DNA of 64,000 nucleotides from an uncultured virus (IMG/VR IMGVR_UViG_3300038629_000369) (taxonomy: Duplodnaviria; Heunggongvirae; Uroviricota; Caudoviricetes), in the IMG/VR virus record IMGVR_UViG_3300038629_000369, one strand, 5' to 3'. Below are positions 19,133-28,233 of this stretch, piece after piece. Position numbers and translations under genes: made by a program. Every line of letters begins with the position of its first letter. The first letter of the stretch is position 1. A model generated the notes under the pieces. The model did not search any database and was not told the DNA's origin. It was given only the letters and a program-made list of their open reading frames with translations.

Positions 19133-22100
19133 GTGGCACAGGGCCGTATCGACATCGATCGCCCCGAGCGGGAGCGAACGCGCACCGAGCTGACGCTTGG
19201 AGAGATCGCGACGGCATGGCGTTTCGAGTCGCAGGGGCCAGCCTTCGTCAACGCGCTGCTCGACTTCATGCGCTCCATCAGCACTTCGGACACGCTGCGC
19301 AGCTACAGTTTCTCGATTCTGCAATTCTGGTCTTGGTATCAGCAGGAGCACGGTCGCTTGCCGACGCCCGCGGATGTCAGCCGCGCAGACACAGTGGACT
19401 TCGATCGCTGGCTCCGAAGCCACGCAGCGCCGTTGACGAAGTGGCGCCTGGAGCATGATCCGTCTAGGCGGCTCGACTTGGCCATCTACCAGTACGTGCA
19501 AGGCAACCCCTCGACCAACATCGAGTCGATCCGTCAGCATCTCGGCGGCTTTCGGGAGTTCACGACGTACCAAGGCGGCGAGCGCTACCTCGCCATCGAG
19601 GCACCTCCCAACAGGGGCGGTCTCGCACGGCGCTTAGGTTGCTTGGTGAAGCTCCGCACGCTGACGCGCACGCCGACAGTCGAGCAGCTACGCCGCGAGG
19701 CAGGCTACCTTCTGATGTCCGTACCCGAGGGCGTCTTTCGCTACACCGTACCGGTGGTTACAACCCCCGCTGGCGCCGAGCGCGCCAGCACCATCGCCAC
19801 GCGCCTGAGCGCGCTGTCGGCGCTGTGGAGTTACCTCGTAAGGAGCGGCGAGAACATCGCCGGGCGCACCGAGCCGTTGCTCAAGTTCAACATCTGGCGC
19901 GAACCGCTCAAGCTCGCCCAGGTGCAGGCGCCCAGCCATCGCGAGGTAACCCGCGCGCGCAAGACACCCAATCTCGAACTGTATCTCCGTATCCTCGCGA
20001 CGACGTTTCTGCGCACCCATGGGCGCCATGACGCATTCTCTGCGGCGCAAGCCACCTTCTGGGGGCAGCCGGTGCCGCCGCCGATCAAGAGCGTAGAGCC
20101 CAGTTTCAGTGACTTGCGCGACCGTGCGCTGTTGCTGCTGATGGCGCAGACGGGCGTCCGCTCGCGCGAGATCCATCGGCTCAAACGCAGCAGCCTCGCG
20201 GCCGGGCAGCCTCCCGTGCTCACCATCATCGGCAAGCGTGGGAAAAAGCGCGCCATTGGACTACCGCCGGTCGCGGGTGCCGCCATGCGTGAGCTGGACG
20301 ACAAGATCCAGCTCATCGCCGCGCACCAACTTCGCTATGGCCGCACAGACCGCGCAGCGTCCCTTCTGACGGCGTCTGCTCCACTGCTCCCCGCGGTCGC
20401 TTACTGGGGCGCCAACGCGGGACAGTCCGAGCAGGGGCTCACACGACCAGGGATCGCGCAGGTGCTACGGAGGCGCGCCGTGAAGGCCGGTATTGAGCCC
20501 GGCAGCGCGGAATTTGCGCGCGCTCATCCGCACGGTTTGAGGCATCTGTATGCCAAGATTGCGCTGGAGACGACGCCCCCGCACCGTGTGCGCGCCATCA
20601 TGGGTCACGCGAGCCTCGCTACCACCGGCCGCTACGCTGAGGAACGCGATCCAGCGCGGCTGGTGGCAGAGGCGTTCCGTGGCCCTGCCGTGGCCGCCGT
20701 AGCGCCGCTGGCGCCAGCGCTCGCTCCTGAGCGCATCGTTGTGGGTCCTGAGCCGGAGCCCGAGGACGTAGCTGTGAGGGCGCCTACGCCCCGTCGATCG
20801 GTGCCCGAGCCGCCGCCCGCGCCGCCGCCGCCCGCGCCGCCGCCCCCCGAGCCGCCGCCGCCCGAGCACGAGCCCGCCATCGTTCGCCGCGTCGTCGCCG
20901 AGCGTGTCGAGCAGCCTCCGACGGTGGCCAAGCCGAAGGCGCCGACCCCAGCGAAACGGGCAGCGTTGCCGCCGAAACCAGCAGCTGGTTTCGACGCCTT
21001 CGTGGCTCAGATCGTTACGTACCGCAAGATCGCACACGACAAGCCGTTGACGCAGAAAGAGGTCAACGATCTGGCGCTTTGCGCTGCCATGTCCGACGTG
21101 TCGCTTCGTAACCTCTGCATCATCTACGACATCCATTGGGGCGAGAGCAAAAACCGGCAGCAGCTCATTCCCACTGGAGGCGGCAAGGAGTCAGGGCGCG
21201 TCAGGGCGAAGAAGAAGAAGGAGCGCGTCGTTGTCGAAAAGTTCGAGCCCAACATCGAGTTAGAGGAAGAAGAAGGAATCGAGGTGTTCGATCCCGAGGA
21301 AATCGACATCGAGGCCGAGTTGGCAGCCATGGAGGCAGAGGAAGATTCACCCGAGGAAGCCGTCCAACGCATCGAGCGCGTGGAGCGGGGGCTTACTCTT
21401 TTCTCTGAGGCTGGCACCGACAAGGTGGCGCGGATCTACTCGGGCAAGGACAGCGGCCTCAACTGGTGGACTGGCACCAACGGAAAACTCAAACCAGCCA
21501 TGCCGGTGATGAGCCCCGCGCAAGTAGGTGCGTGCGATCCAGCCACCCAAGACGCCGTTTGCAGCGACCTCGTAGCGCTATGGCGTAAGTGGGCTGTCGA
21601 AAAACCCACCAAAGCCGAAGCGCTCGTAGCGTGGATCGGTGAAGCGCTCGATTTGTCAGCGCAGATGGAGGCCATCATCCTGTCGCGTGGCGGCAAATGG
21701 GTGCCGTCGGACACGGCGTGGGGCGACACGCGCTGGCTGGCCAAGCCGGGGAAAACACGTAAGGAGCCGGCGCCGCGACTCGTGTTTCGCGAGCACTTAC
21801 CTCAAGCCATTACTGCCTGGTTTGAGCAGCGCGGCCACGACTTCCGCGTCAGTGCTGGTGATCCGGGTACGTGGCTCGCCAAGACGGCGAGACCGAAGGT
21901 AATAGGAGCGCCGCCGCCCGATTGGTTTTACGACGAGGACCCCATTGCTGCGCTTCCGATTGGTGAGCGGCGTGAGCTGACGGATTGGCTTCTCGCTCTC
22001 ACCGGTCAGCTGCCTGTCGACAGTGAGCCGCGCTACGGTCTTGACGCTGCCGTAGCGTCACGCGCTGACGTCGCCGCCTTCGTCAACGCGCTGTGCCAAT

Positions 22101-23113
22101 TCGACGGATCGATCGATGCGCTCCGTGAGGATAGAGCGCGCTATGGACCGTCCTATGTGGCGAAGCTGTGGAAGCTCAAGTCCGTCGACGAGTTTCCGGA
22201 ACGGATCCGCCAAGGCTTTGTGGCGCTACAGCAACAGGCTCGTGCGCTGGTGAGCGAAGCGACACTGGGCAAGGTGGATGACTTCGACGCGTTCGACGCG
22301 ATTAGACAGCGCGTAAAGAAGACAGAGGCTGATCTCAAGAAAAAGTCGCGTATCAAGAAAGAGCAACCTGCCACTGCGCGTTTCGAGCAGACAGAGCCCA
22401 CCAGGGTTGTCGTCGAGGACGAGCGCTCAGCTGCCGAAGCAGAGATCGAGGCGATAGCGGCCGAGCAGGCGGCCGAGCAAACCGCCCAGAGCAGCAAACG
22501 ATACCTTCCAAATGCTGGTAAGCGCGAAGGCTCGATAATGCGGCTAGTGAGCAAATTCTTTGGGGCCGCCGCTGCCAAAGATCCGGCAATCAAATTGGTG
22601 GCCAAATGCGGCAAGGTGCCGCTATCGAAGTTTCGCGAGCTGTTTCAGATCAAGGGCGGCACCATCGCGCATGACGATGCGTTCAAGGCTGCGTTCGCGA
22701 GGCAGCATGGCACCCACAGCGAGTGCGTTGCGCGCCGTATCGCGCGCAAGTTGTGGGAGACCAAGAAGCGTTCGCCGCGCAGCGAGTACGTCACCAAGCC
22801 GCAGCATATGGTGATGCTGGTGGACATCATGGAGACGTTCAAGGTGCCATGCACCAGGTCGCAGGAACAGGACTTGGCCTATGTCGTCAAGTACGCCGAT
22901 GAGCCGCGTGAGATTTACGGCAAGTGGGCGCGACTGCGCACAGCGTCCACAGAACAGACACTCACTGAGGCTGAGGAAATCCAGCGTGAATTTGCGGAGG
23001 AATTCTCCGAGCAGGTGGGCGCCGAGGAAATTCGAGCGAAGTTCCGAGAGAACCCGTCATTGTCGCCAATGGTGCCCACGCCGGTGCACCTCACCTGCGC
23101 ACTGATGGTGTAG
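19133..23113 (+). CDS. Giant tyrosine recombinase with Pro-rich linker and about 750-aa C-terminal extension
   Basis: RDRALL...TGVRSRE (R), GKRGK (K), HGLRH (HxxR), MGH, TGRY (Y); core-binding-like STIATRLSALSALWSYL. Confidence 0.85.
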   Translation: MAQGRIDIDRPERERTRTELTLGEIATAWRFESQGPAFVNALLDFMRSISTSDTLRSYSFSILQFWSWYQQEHGRLPTPADVSRADTVDFDRWLRSHAAPLTKWRLEHDPSRRLDLAIYQYVQGNPSTNIESIRQHLGGFREFTTYQGGERYLAIEAPPNRGGLARRLGCLVKLRTLTRTPTVEQLRREAGYLLMSVPEGVFRYTVPVVTTPAGAERASTIATRLSALSALWSYLVRSGENIAGRTEPLLKFNIWREPLKLAQVQAPSHREVTRARKTPNLELYLRILATTFLRTHGRHDAFSAAQATFWGQPVPPPIKSVEPSFSDLRDRALLLLMAQTGVRSREIHRLKRSSLAAGQPPVLTIIGKRGKKRAIGLPPVAGAAMRELDDKIQLIAAHQLRYGRTDRAASLLTASAPLLPAVAYWGANAGQSEQGLTRPGIAQVLRRRAVKAGIEPGSAEFARAHPHGLRHLYAKIALETTPPHRVRAIMGHASLATTGRYAEERDPARLVAEAFRGPAVAAVAPLAPALAPERIVVGPEPEPEDVAVRAPTPRRSVPEPPPAPPPPAPPPPEPPPPEHEPAIVRRVVAERVEQPPTVAKPKAPTPAKRAALPPKPAAGFDAFVAQIVTYRKIAHDKPLTQKEVNDLALCAAMSDVSLRNLCIIYDIHWGESKNRQQLIPTGGGKESGRVRAKKKKERVVVEKFEPNIELEEEEGIEVFDPEEIDIEAELAAMEAEEDSPEEAVQRIERVERGLTLFSEAGTDKVARIYSGKDSGLNWWTGTNGKLKPAMPVMSPAQVGACDPATQDAVCSDLVALWRKWAVEKPTKAEALVAWIGEALDLSAQMEAIILSRGGKWVPSDTAWGDTRWLAKPGKTRKEPAPRLVFREHLPQAITAWFEQRGHDFRVSAGDPGTWLAKTARPKVIGAPPPDWFYDEDPIAALPIGERRELTDWLLALTGQLPVDSEPRYGLDAAVASRADVAAFVNALCQFDGSIDALREDRARYGPSYVAKLWKLKSVDEFPERIRQGFVALQQQARALVSEATLGKVDDFDAFDAIRQRVKKTEADLKKKSRIKKEQPATARFEQTEPTRVVVEDERSAAEAEIEAIAAEQAAEQTAQSSKRYLPNAGKREGSIMRLVSKFFGAAAAKDPAIKLVAKCGKVPLSKFRELFQIKGGTIAHDDAFKAAFARQHGTHSECVARRIARKLWETKKRSPRSEYVTKPQHMVMLVDIMETFKVPCTRSQEQDLAYVVKYADEPREIYGKWARLRTASTEQTLTEAEEIQREFAEEFSEQVGAEEIRAKFRENPSLSPMVPTPVHLTCALMV

Positions 23114-23122
23114 GATACGCGC

Positions 23123-23374
23123 ATGCCGAAACCTAATCGCCAGCTGACCCGTCTTACCCGCGAGGCCCTGGCCGTTTTGGAGATGGCCGAACATGCCGTG
23201 TGGAAGGTGCGTAACACCATGGTCAGCCCTCCCAAACGTTTAGTATCCGTAGATTCGGTCGAGTCGAAAGAGTTGGTCGTTATCACTCGTAATGTGGATG
23301 ACCAGCGTGACAGCTTGCTTTCGCTCATGGCCGAATATCTAGGCGTAGACGAGGACGAGTTAGAGGACACTTAG
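23123..23374 (+). CDS. Hypothetical protein
   Basis: 83-aa ORF with AGGA RBS. Confidence 0.5.
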   Translation: MPKPNRQLTRLTREALAVLEMAEHAVWKVRNTMVSPPKRLVSVDSVESKELVVITRNVDDQRDSLLSLMAEYLGVDEDELEDT

Positions 23375-23391
23375 TCGAGTCATGAGATTCG

Positions 23392-23724
23392 GTGCGGGCG
23401 TCGTCATGGGAGCATGGTGTAAGATGGGCGCCGGTGGTCATGATGTCATGCTGCGACGAATGTCACTTTGAAGAAGAAGAACGGCACGCGCTTGGCTATC
23501 TGAAACCGCTGGAGCGCCGCAAACTATTGCGTGCTCACCGCTTCTTGTTGTCTATGCCCGACGGGCCGAAGCGCAAAGCGGTGATACAGGCGCATGCTCG
23601 ATGGGAAGACGATCTTTTCTTGCGTCGTCTACCGCTAAGCCTCGCCACTTACTTCATACTGTCCCATCACATGATGTTGCCGTACGACGCAAAACGCGAC
23701 GCCCGCTTGGCGGCGCTACTCTAA
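23392..23724 (+). CDS. Hemerythrin-like small protein (start uncertain)
   Basis: HFEEEE...H...HARWED spacing of His/Glu residues. Confidence 0.4.
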   Translation: MRASSWEHGVRWAPVVMMSCCDECHFEEEERHALGYLKPLERRKLLRAHRFLLSMPDGPKRKAVIQAHARWEDDLFLRRLPLSLATYFILSHHMMLPYDAKRDARLAALL

Positions 23725-23734
23725 GGCGACAGCG

Positions 23735-24007
23735 ATGGCACGTGGTAAGCAGTACGCGCCGGGAGAACAGCCGATCGCCGATCGTTGGACGACAGGCCAC
23801 GCATCCGTTGGCGTGCTCTACGGCGTCACCAAGATGCCATGGTGGGCCGCGCTCGGTCTCGCTATCGCCTGGGAGGTCGTCGAGAATCCGCTCAAGGATC
23901 GTTACCCAGACTTCTTCCCCGACAGCAGACACGACTCCTACCCGAACGCTGCCGTTGACACCGCCGCCGTGATGGTTGGCTACTTCCTCGGGCGACGTTA
24001 CGCATGA
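23735..24007 (+). CDS. Small membrane protein (DUF2585-like)
   Basis: DRWTTGH...WEVVEN...DSYPNAAVD pattern with TM helices. Confidence 0.5.
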   Translation: MARGKQYAPGEQPIADRWTTGHASVGVLYGVTKMPWWAALGLAIAWEVVENPLKDRYPDFFPDSRHDSYPNAAVDTAAVMVGYFLGRRYA

Positions 24008-24303
24008 TTGTCGTCGATCTCAGAAGCGACGCGGAAGCGATCGACGACCCCATACCGGGAGCGCTTCGTGTTCGCGTACCCAAACCGCCGCTCGACGCGG
24101 CACAGATTTTTGTCATGGCAGCAACGTTGTTGCAGCTGCCACGGCAACGACAAATGGCCCTGGTGTGCACCAAAGGCGTTCGCGCCAACTTGGCCCACGC
24201 GATCATGTCGCAAGCCGGCTACAGCGTGACCAACATCGGAGGGATGGCTCATCCCCACACGAGAATCATGCTTCGCCGCCTCGGGTATCCGGTCGATCGC
24301 TAA
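24004..24303 (+). CDS. Rhodanese-like domain protein
   Basis: VVDLRS, IPGA, LVCTKGVRA and AGY...NIGG motifs. Confidence 0.6.
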   Translation: MIVVDLRSDAEAIDDPIPGALRVRVPKPPLDAAQIFVMAATLLQLPRQRQMALVCTKGVRANLAHAIMSQAGYSVTNIGGMAHPHTRIMLRRLGYPVDR

Positions 24304-25466
24304 GGCGCCAGTGTTCCTTGGCGACGTCGGTAGGCGTCGTAGAAAAAGGCGCCGGTCAGTACGACGCCGATACCCAGCCAGTAGATTCTGGTCATCATGT
24401 AGTCGTGCTCTATCTGGGCCCACATATTGGTCGCATCGTCGCTCTGAGCTTCACCGGGTTGGTCGACGACGCTGTAGCCGGTGTCGTCCGGCATCCGAGC
24501 GTTGCTCACCAGCTTGTGCTGCACGTTGCCACCGAGAGCGCCCATAAGCGCTCCCAGGTCGAGACCCGGTAGCTGCGCTTGCTGGAGTAGGCCAGGCAGC
24601 TGTTGCTGGAGCCAGCCAGGCAGGTTCTGCATCAGGTCGCCCCAGGCGCTCGGATCGATTTGTTGCAAGATAGCGATGAGCTTTGCCGGATCGACGGTGC
24701 CGGTGACGACCATTTGACGGATGCTCACCCCTTTACCGGGCGCTGTGACGACGACGACTTCTTCGAGCGCGGCGTCGAGTAGCTTGAGCAGATCCTGCGG
24801 CGTCGCCAAGCTCTGGAGAGCGCCAATGTTTACGTTGGAGCGCAGCTGCCAGCCAACCAAAAACGACGTATTCGCAAACAGTTGGCCGCCAGACCTCATG
24901 AGTTGCGACAGCTCGGCAGGGACTACGCCGCCGCCGAGCACGCGCATCAGCTCGTTCAGCTCTTTGCCGGTGAGCGGCGTGTAGACGGTGCGCTGGCGCG
25001 TGATGACGCAAGGGGCAGCCGGTGCGCCCGGCGCGAGAATGCCGCGCTGAGCGCCGTACTCCGAGCGCGACACCGGGCTCCAGCTCGTGCCGCGCTGGCC
25101 GAGGGGGCAGTGCGCCCACGGCACCGGTTGATGGCACAGTAAGCCGCCCGAGATGTCGGTGATCACCCGCCCCTGCGAGAGTGGATCAAGCGCCCCCCAC
25201 CAGGAACCCAGGCATCCGTATGCGTAGGTTGAGACGGCCGGCGCGGGACCGAAGGCGCTATGCGTCCAGGTCGGGCAGGCGCGCTGTGTGCTGATGGCCA
25301 TGGTGAGCGCCACAGACGCCTGCTTGGTGGTCGTCGAGGGCACCTTTGCGGCGCTCACGACGCCTTCGTGGATGGCGTTCTCGACGACGGTCCACTCGTA
25401 AGGCGTCAGTGGCCGCGGCTGCGACAGGCGCCAGGGCGCGCAGTTGGTGACTTCCTGGGCTGTCAT
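24300..25466 (-). CDS. Hypothetical protein with C-terminal TM anchor
   Basis: Part of ORF 24300..25706; ATG 25466 avoids overlap with the upstream gene; TM IYWLGIGVVLTGAFFY then RRR. Confidence 0.55.
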   Translation of the reverse strand: MTAQEVTNCAPWRLSQPRPLTPYEWTVVENAIHEGVVSAAKVPSTTTKQASVALTMAISTQRACPTWTHSAFGPAPAVSTYAYGCLGSWWGALDPLSQGRVITDISGGLLCHQPVPWAHCPLGQRGTSWSPVSRSEYGAQRGILAPGAPAAPCVITRQRTVYTPLTGKELNELMRVLGGGVVPAELSQLMRSGGQLFANTSFLVGWQLRSNVNIGALQSLATPQDLLKLLDAALEEVVVVTAPGKGVSIRQMVVTGTVDPAKLIAILQQIDPSAWGDLMQNLPGWLQQQLPGLLQQAQLPGLDLGALMGALGGNVQHKLVSNARMPDDTGYSVVDQPGEAQSDDATNMWAQIEHDYMMTRIYWLGIGVVLTGAFFYDAYRRRQGTLAP

Positions 25467-25515
25467 AGCGACACCAGCATGGCGCCAGCTTACCAGGAAT
25501 CTGGATGCGCAGGAA

Positions 25516-25788
25516 TTACCAGGGCAGTGGGTTTGGGCCGCCCAGGACGAGCGTGCTGCCGGTGGCCTGGATGGTGATTCTGAACACACCAGCGGTGGAG
25601 GTGACTGTATGGCTGTCGGTGTCGAGCGCCTTCGCCCTCTCGCGCATGCGTCGTTCGTCTTCGCGCTTCCTGGCGGCAGCTTCAGCACGATCGCGACGCT
25701 CGTCACGCTTTGCTTGCTCGCGGTCAGCTTTCTTGGCGTTGTCGCGGCGCTGTCGCGACAGCTGCTTCGGCGGCGGCTTCAGGGCCAT
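25516..25788 (-). CDS. Small basic hypothetical protein
   Basis: 90-aa ORF packed in the minus-strand operon. Confidence 0.45.
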   Translation of the reverse strand: MALKPPPKQLSRQRRDNAKKADREQAKRDERRDRAEAAARKREDERRMRERAKALDTDSHTVTSTAGVFRITIQATGSTLVLGGPNPLPW

Positions 25789-25791
25789 GGC

Positions 25792-26313
25792 TCAGCACTT
25801 CACCAGTGAGTTGAGGTAGAGCTGCAATGCGCGGATGAAGTAGCTCTTAGCATCGAGCCTCCTGAACCTGCTCTTTTTAACACGAGAGAACCTGTGCTCC
25901 CACACAAGGTTGCCACGGTCCTCCCACTTACCTTGAAAGCCACGTGGCTCGACGCGCACCACAACATGATCCCAATCACTTTGTAGCTCCATGTTCACGC
26001 CAGAGTCTTCGTTCTCCCACCACGTCCAGGCATCCCAACGGTCGGGGTCGCCGCCCTGCTCGCCGCCTTTGAACTGCTTGTATCGAAGCGAGTCAATAAC
26101 TGGCCACGCATCGGTGTCGTCGAGTCCACCGGATCGTAGTATGCGCGTGACGTTTTGCTCCGTCAGATCGGCAAACACCGCCGCCGCTCGGCGCAGCGCA
26201 GCCATGTCAGGGATGTCGAATCGTAGCTCGCCAGGGTTGGAGCTGCTGCGGCTGATCTTGATTTCCTCGCCGCGATCATAGACGCGGTACGGATTGGCGT
26301 TCATGCGACTCAT
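25792..26313 (-). CDS. Hypothetical protein (N-terminal MNANP motif)
   Basis: ATGA overlap with 26310..26963. Confidence 0.55.
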   Translation of the reverse strand: MSRMNANPYRVYDRGEEIKISRSSSNPGELRFDIPDMAALRRAAAVFADLTEQNVTRILRSGGLDDTDAWPVIDSLRYKQFKGGEQGGDPDRWDAWTWWENEDSGVNMELQSDWDHVVVRVEPRGFQGKWEDRGNLVWEHRFSRVKKSRFRRLDAKSYFIRALQLYLNSLVKC

Positions 26314-26963
26314 GCTCTACCCAGCCGTGCCCGAGCGCGGCGTACGAGACGCTGCCCCTGCTTGGTGTTGGCTGCAAATGCCATCACCAAAAAGCCCACC
26401 GCGAACCCGGCGAGCAGCGGCCCGGTGCCGACACTGGCGAGTGGCGTAGGCGTCTGACCAGACGGCGAACCCGCTTTGAGCCAGTCGTAGAAGCTGGTCT
26501 TGCCGTCGGCGCCAGCTGCGTTGAACGAGAAGTGAACGTGATCGGTGTGGGGGTTTCTACAGCCCCCGAGACGTACGCATTTACCCTGCTCGTCGTAGCC
26601 GTCGTACGGCAGCCACTCAGGGGTGTTGGCGCTCCAGATCCGCTTGTCCCAAATGATGTAGTACAAGCCTGCGCGCCGAAACATCTCCGCGTCGTTGGCC
26701 AGCAACCAGTCGATCAGCTCGTCAGCTCGGGCGCGCTCAGCTGGGTCGTGCGCGTTGATCATCCAGTCCCATGCTCGACCGGATGCGTGGCCGCTCTTGC
26801 CGCCACAGGGACCGTCGATGCGACCTTTTGCGCCGCCTTGGTTACGGAGCACAAACTCGAAAAACGCACGCACGCCAGCTCGGTCTGTGTTCTTGATACA
26901 CAGTGTCTCGTTGGCGCCAAGCAATGGCTCTGCCGGCGCGCCAAATAGCGGTGTGGGAAGCAT
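26310..26963 (-). CDS. Membrane-anchored cell-wall peptidase (M15/LAS-type Zn motifs)
   Basis: SGHASGRAWD (H-x6-D), YIIWDKRIW, HTDHVHFS (HxH); C-terminal TM and basic tail. Confidence 0.65.
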   Translation of the reverse strand: MLPTPLFGAPAEPLLGANETLCIKNTDRAGVRAFFEFVLRNQGGAKGRIDGPCGGKSGHASGRAWDWMINAHDPAERARADELIDWLLANDAEMFRRAGLYYIIWDKRIWSANTPEWLPYDGYDEQGKCVRLGGCRNPHTDHVHFSFNAAGADGKTSFYDWLKAGSPSGQTPTPLASVGTGPLLAGFAVGFLVMAFAANTKQGQRLVRRARARLGRA

Positions 26964-27512
26964 CTACTTTTTCTTTTTCGGATGCGCCTTTTGGTGCGTC
27001 ACATCCACCCTGATCTCGATACCGGCAGGCGGCGGCGGCGCAGGCTTAGCGCTCCCGTTCGTAGGAGGCGCCGGCTTTTTGACTTTACCAGGACGCAACA
27101 CGGCTACCGGTTTGCTTGTAGGATCGGTCGTGTCAGCTGGTTGTACGTCGATGCGCGGGATCTCGTCCACACCAGCCTTCACGTCAGCCACGTCCTCGGC
27201 GGTTTGTTTCGACGCCGCCACGACGCTAGCGATGGCCTTGGCGTTCTGTCGGTGGGCGACCGCGTTCTCTTTGAGGTAGTCAAGCAGCACGCTTTGTCGC
27301 CACAGGGCAATACCAAGACCAGTGAGCAACACGAGCGACAGCGCAATGGCGACGCGCGCCAGGTTCATGACGCTGCGGGTATGCTTGAGAACCTGCTTAA
27401 CCGGGGCGACTAAGTCCTGAACTGCCATCGCGACGGACAGCGTCTTCTGCTCCACTACCTTCTGGCTGTCGTCCGGCGTCGGGGCGGGTGTCTCTCTGTC
27501 TCCGTTGTTCAT
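26964..27512 (-). CDS. Single-TM protein with coiled-coil/Pro-rich tail (lysis- or spanin-like)
   Basis: TM VAIALSLVLLTGLGIALW; adjacent to the peptidase. Confidence 0.45.
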   Translation of the reverse strand: MNNGDRETPAPTPDDSQKVVEQKTLSVAMAVQDLVAPVKQVLKHTRSVMNLARVAIALSLVLLTGLGIALWRQSVLLDYLKENAVAHRQNAKAIASVVAASKQTAEDVADVKAGVDEIPRIDVQPADTTDPTSKPVAVLRPGKVKKPAPPTNGSAKPAPPPPAGIEIRVDVTHQKAHPKKKK

Positions 27513-27735
27513 CGTCTTCCTTGATTGGCCGAGGCGGTTTGATGCTGATCAGTGTGCCCGTCTCCGCTTCGACGCGCGCCACAATGGCGTCGAGCTTAGC
27601 CTCCAGCTCATCTGGTGACATAGGCGGTTCCGAGCTGCCGTTCATGGTCTCAGCGAACCGATCTTGGGCAGCTTTTTCTTCTGCCTCCTTGTCGGCACCG
27701 AGTACGAGTCTGGTCAACCAGCTCCAGGCGCTCAC
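27397..27735 (-). CDS. Hypothetical protein
   Basis: GTG 27735 overlaps the upstream stop codon; GGAG RBS. Confidence 0.4.
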   Translation of the reverse strand: MSAWSWLTRLVLGADKEAEEKAAQDRFAETMNGSSEPPMSPDELEAKLDAIVARVEAETGTLISIKPPRPIKEDDEQRRQRDTRPDAGRQPEGSGAEDAVRRDGSSGLSRPG

Positions 27736-28169
27736 TCTCCACCTTCCCCTGGTGATGGTGGTGGCCGTTGCGCGGGCCATCTATCACTACTGCGTCGCAT
27801 GACAGCCTGTCGCACGACCGAGTCAATCGTAGACTTTTGCGCGTCGATGGCGCCACGCAAATCCGTCAGCGCGCGTGTATTCTCTTGTATGGCGGCGGTC
27901 TGCGTCGCCTCGATGGCCGTGAGCTTTTCTATGGCTGCTACGGTCATCTGCGCTGTCTGCTGGTAGGCGACAACGTGCTTTTCGTTTGCCTCGTCTTTCT
28001 TGTCGGCGGCCGTGTTCAGGGCCTCGATGTGCTGGTTTTTCGCGTCTTTGAACTGCCGGATCGCCCAATAGGCGATTGCGACGGCCAGTAGCGCAATGCT
28101 GCCAAGGATGAATTCGCCGATCCATGAGACAACCTGGTCGGAGGCGGCGGCACTCGGTTGTAACAGCAT
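27732..28169 (-). CDS. Holin-like single-TM coiled-coil protein
   Basis: ATG 28169 after a GGGGA RBS; TM ILGSIALLAVAIAYWAI followed by coiled coil. Confidence 0.4.
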   Translation of the reverse strand: MLLQPSAAASDQVVSWIGEFILGSIALLAVAIAYWAIRQFKDAKNQHIEALNTAADKKDEANEKHVVAYQQTAQMTVAAIEKLTAIEATQTAAIQENTRALTDLRGAIDAQKSTIDSVVRQAVMRRSSDRWPAQRPPPSPGEGGE

Positions 28170-28233
28170 CGCTGTCCCCACTTTACCTTTTGACGCTTGC
28201 TCCGGCAATTCTAGGGACTTAGATTGCTGGTAA

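Noticed and set aside
20805..20880. CCG-rich repeat
   Set aside because: Encodes the poly-Pro linker of the recombinase.
19133..23113. Recombinase as a prophage integrase marking an att boundary
   Set aside because: Viral-type genes continue on both sides, and no host genes or att-like duplication were seen.
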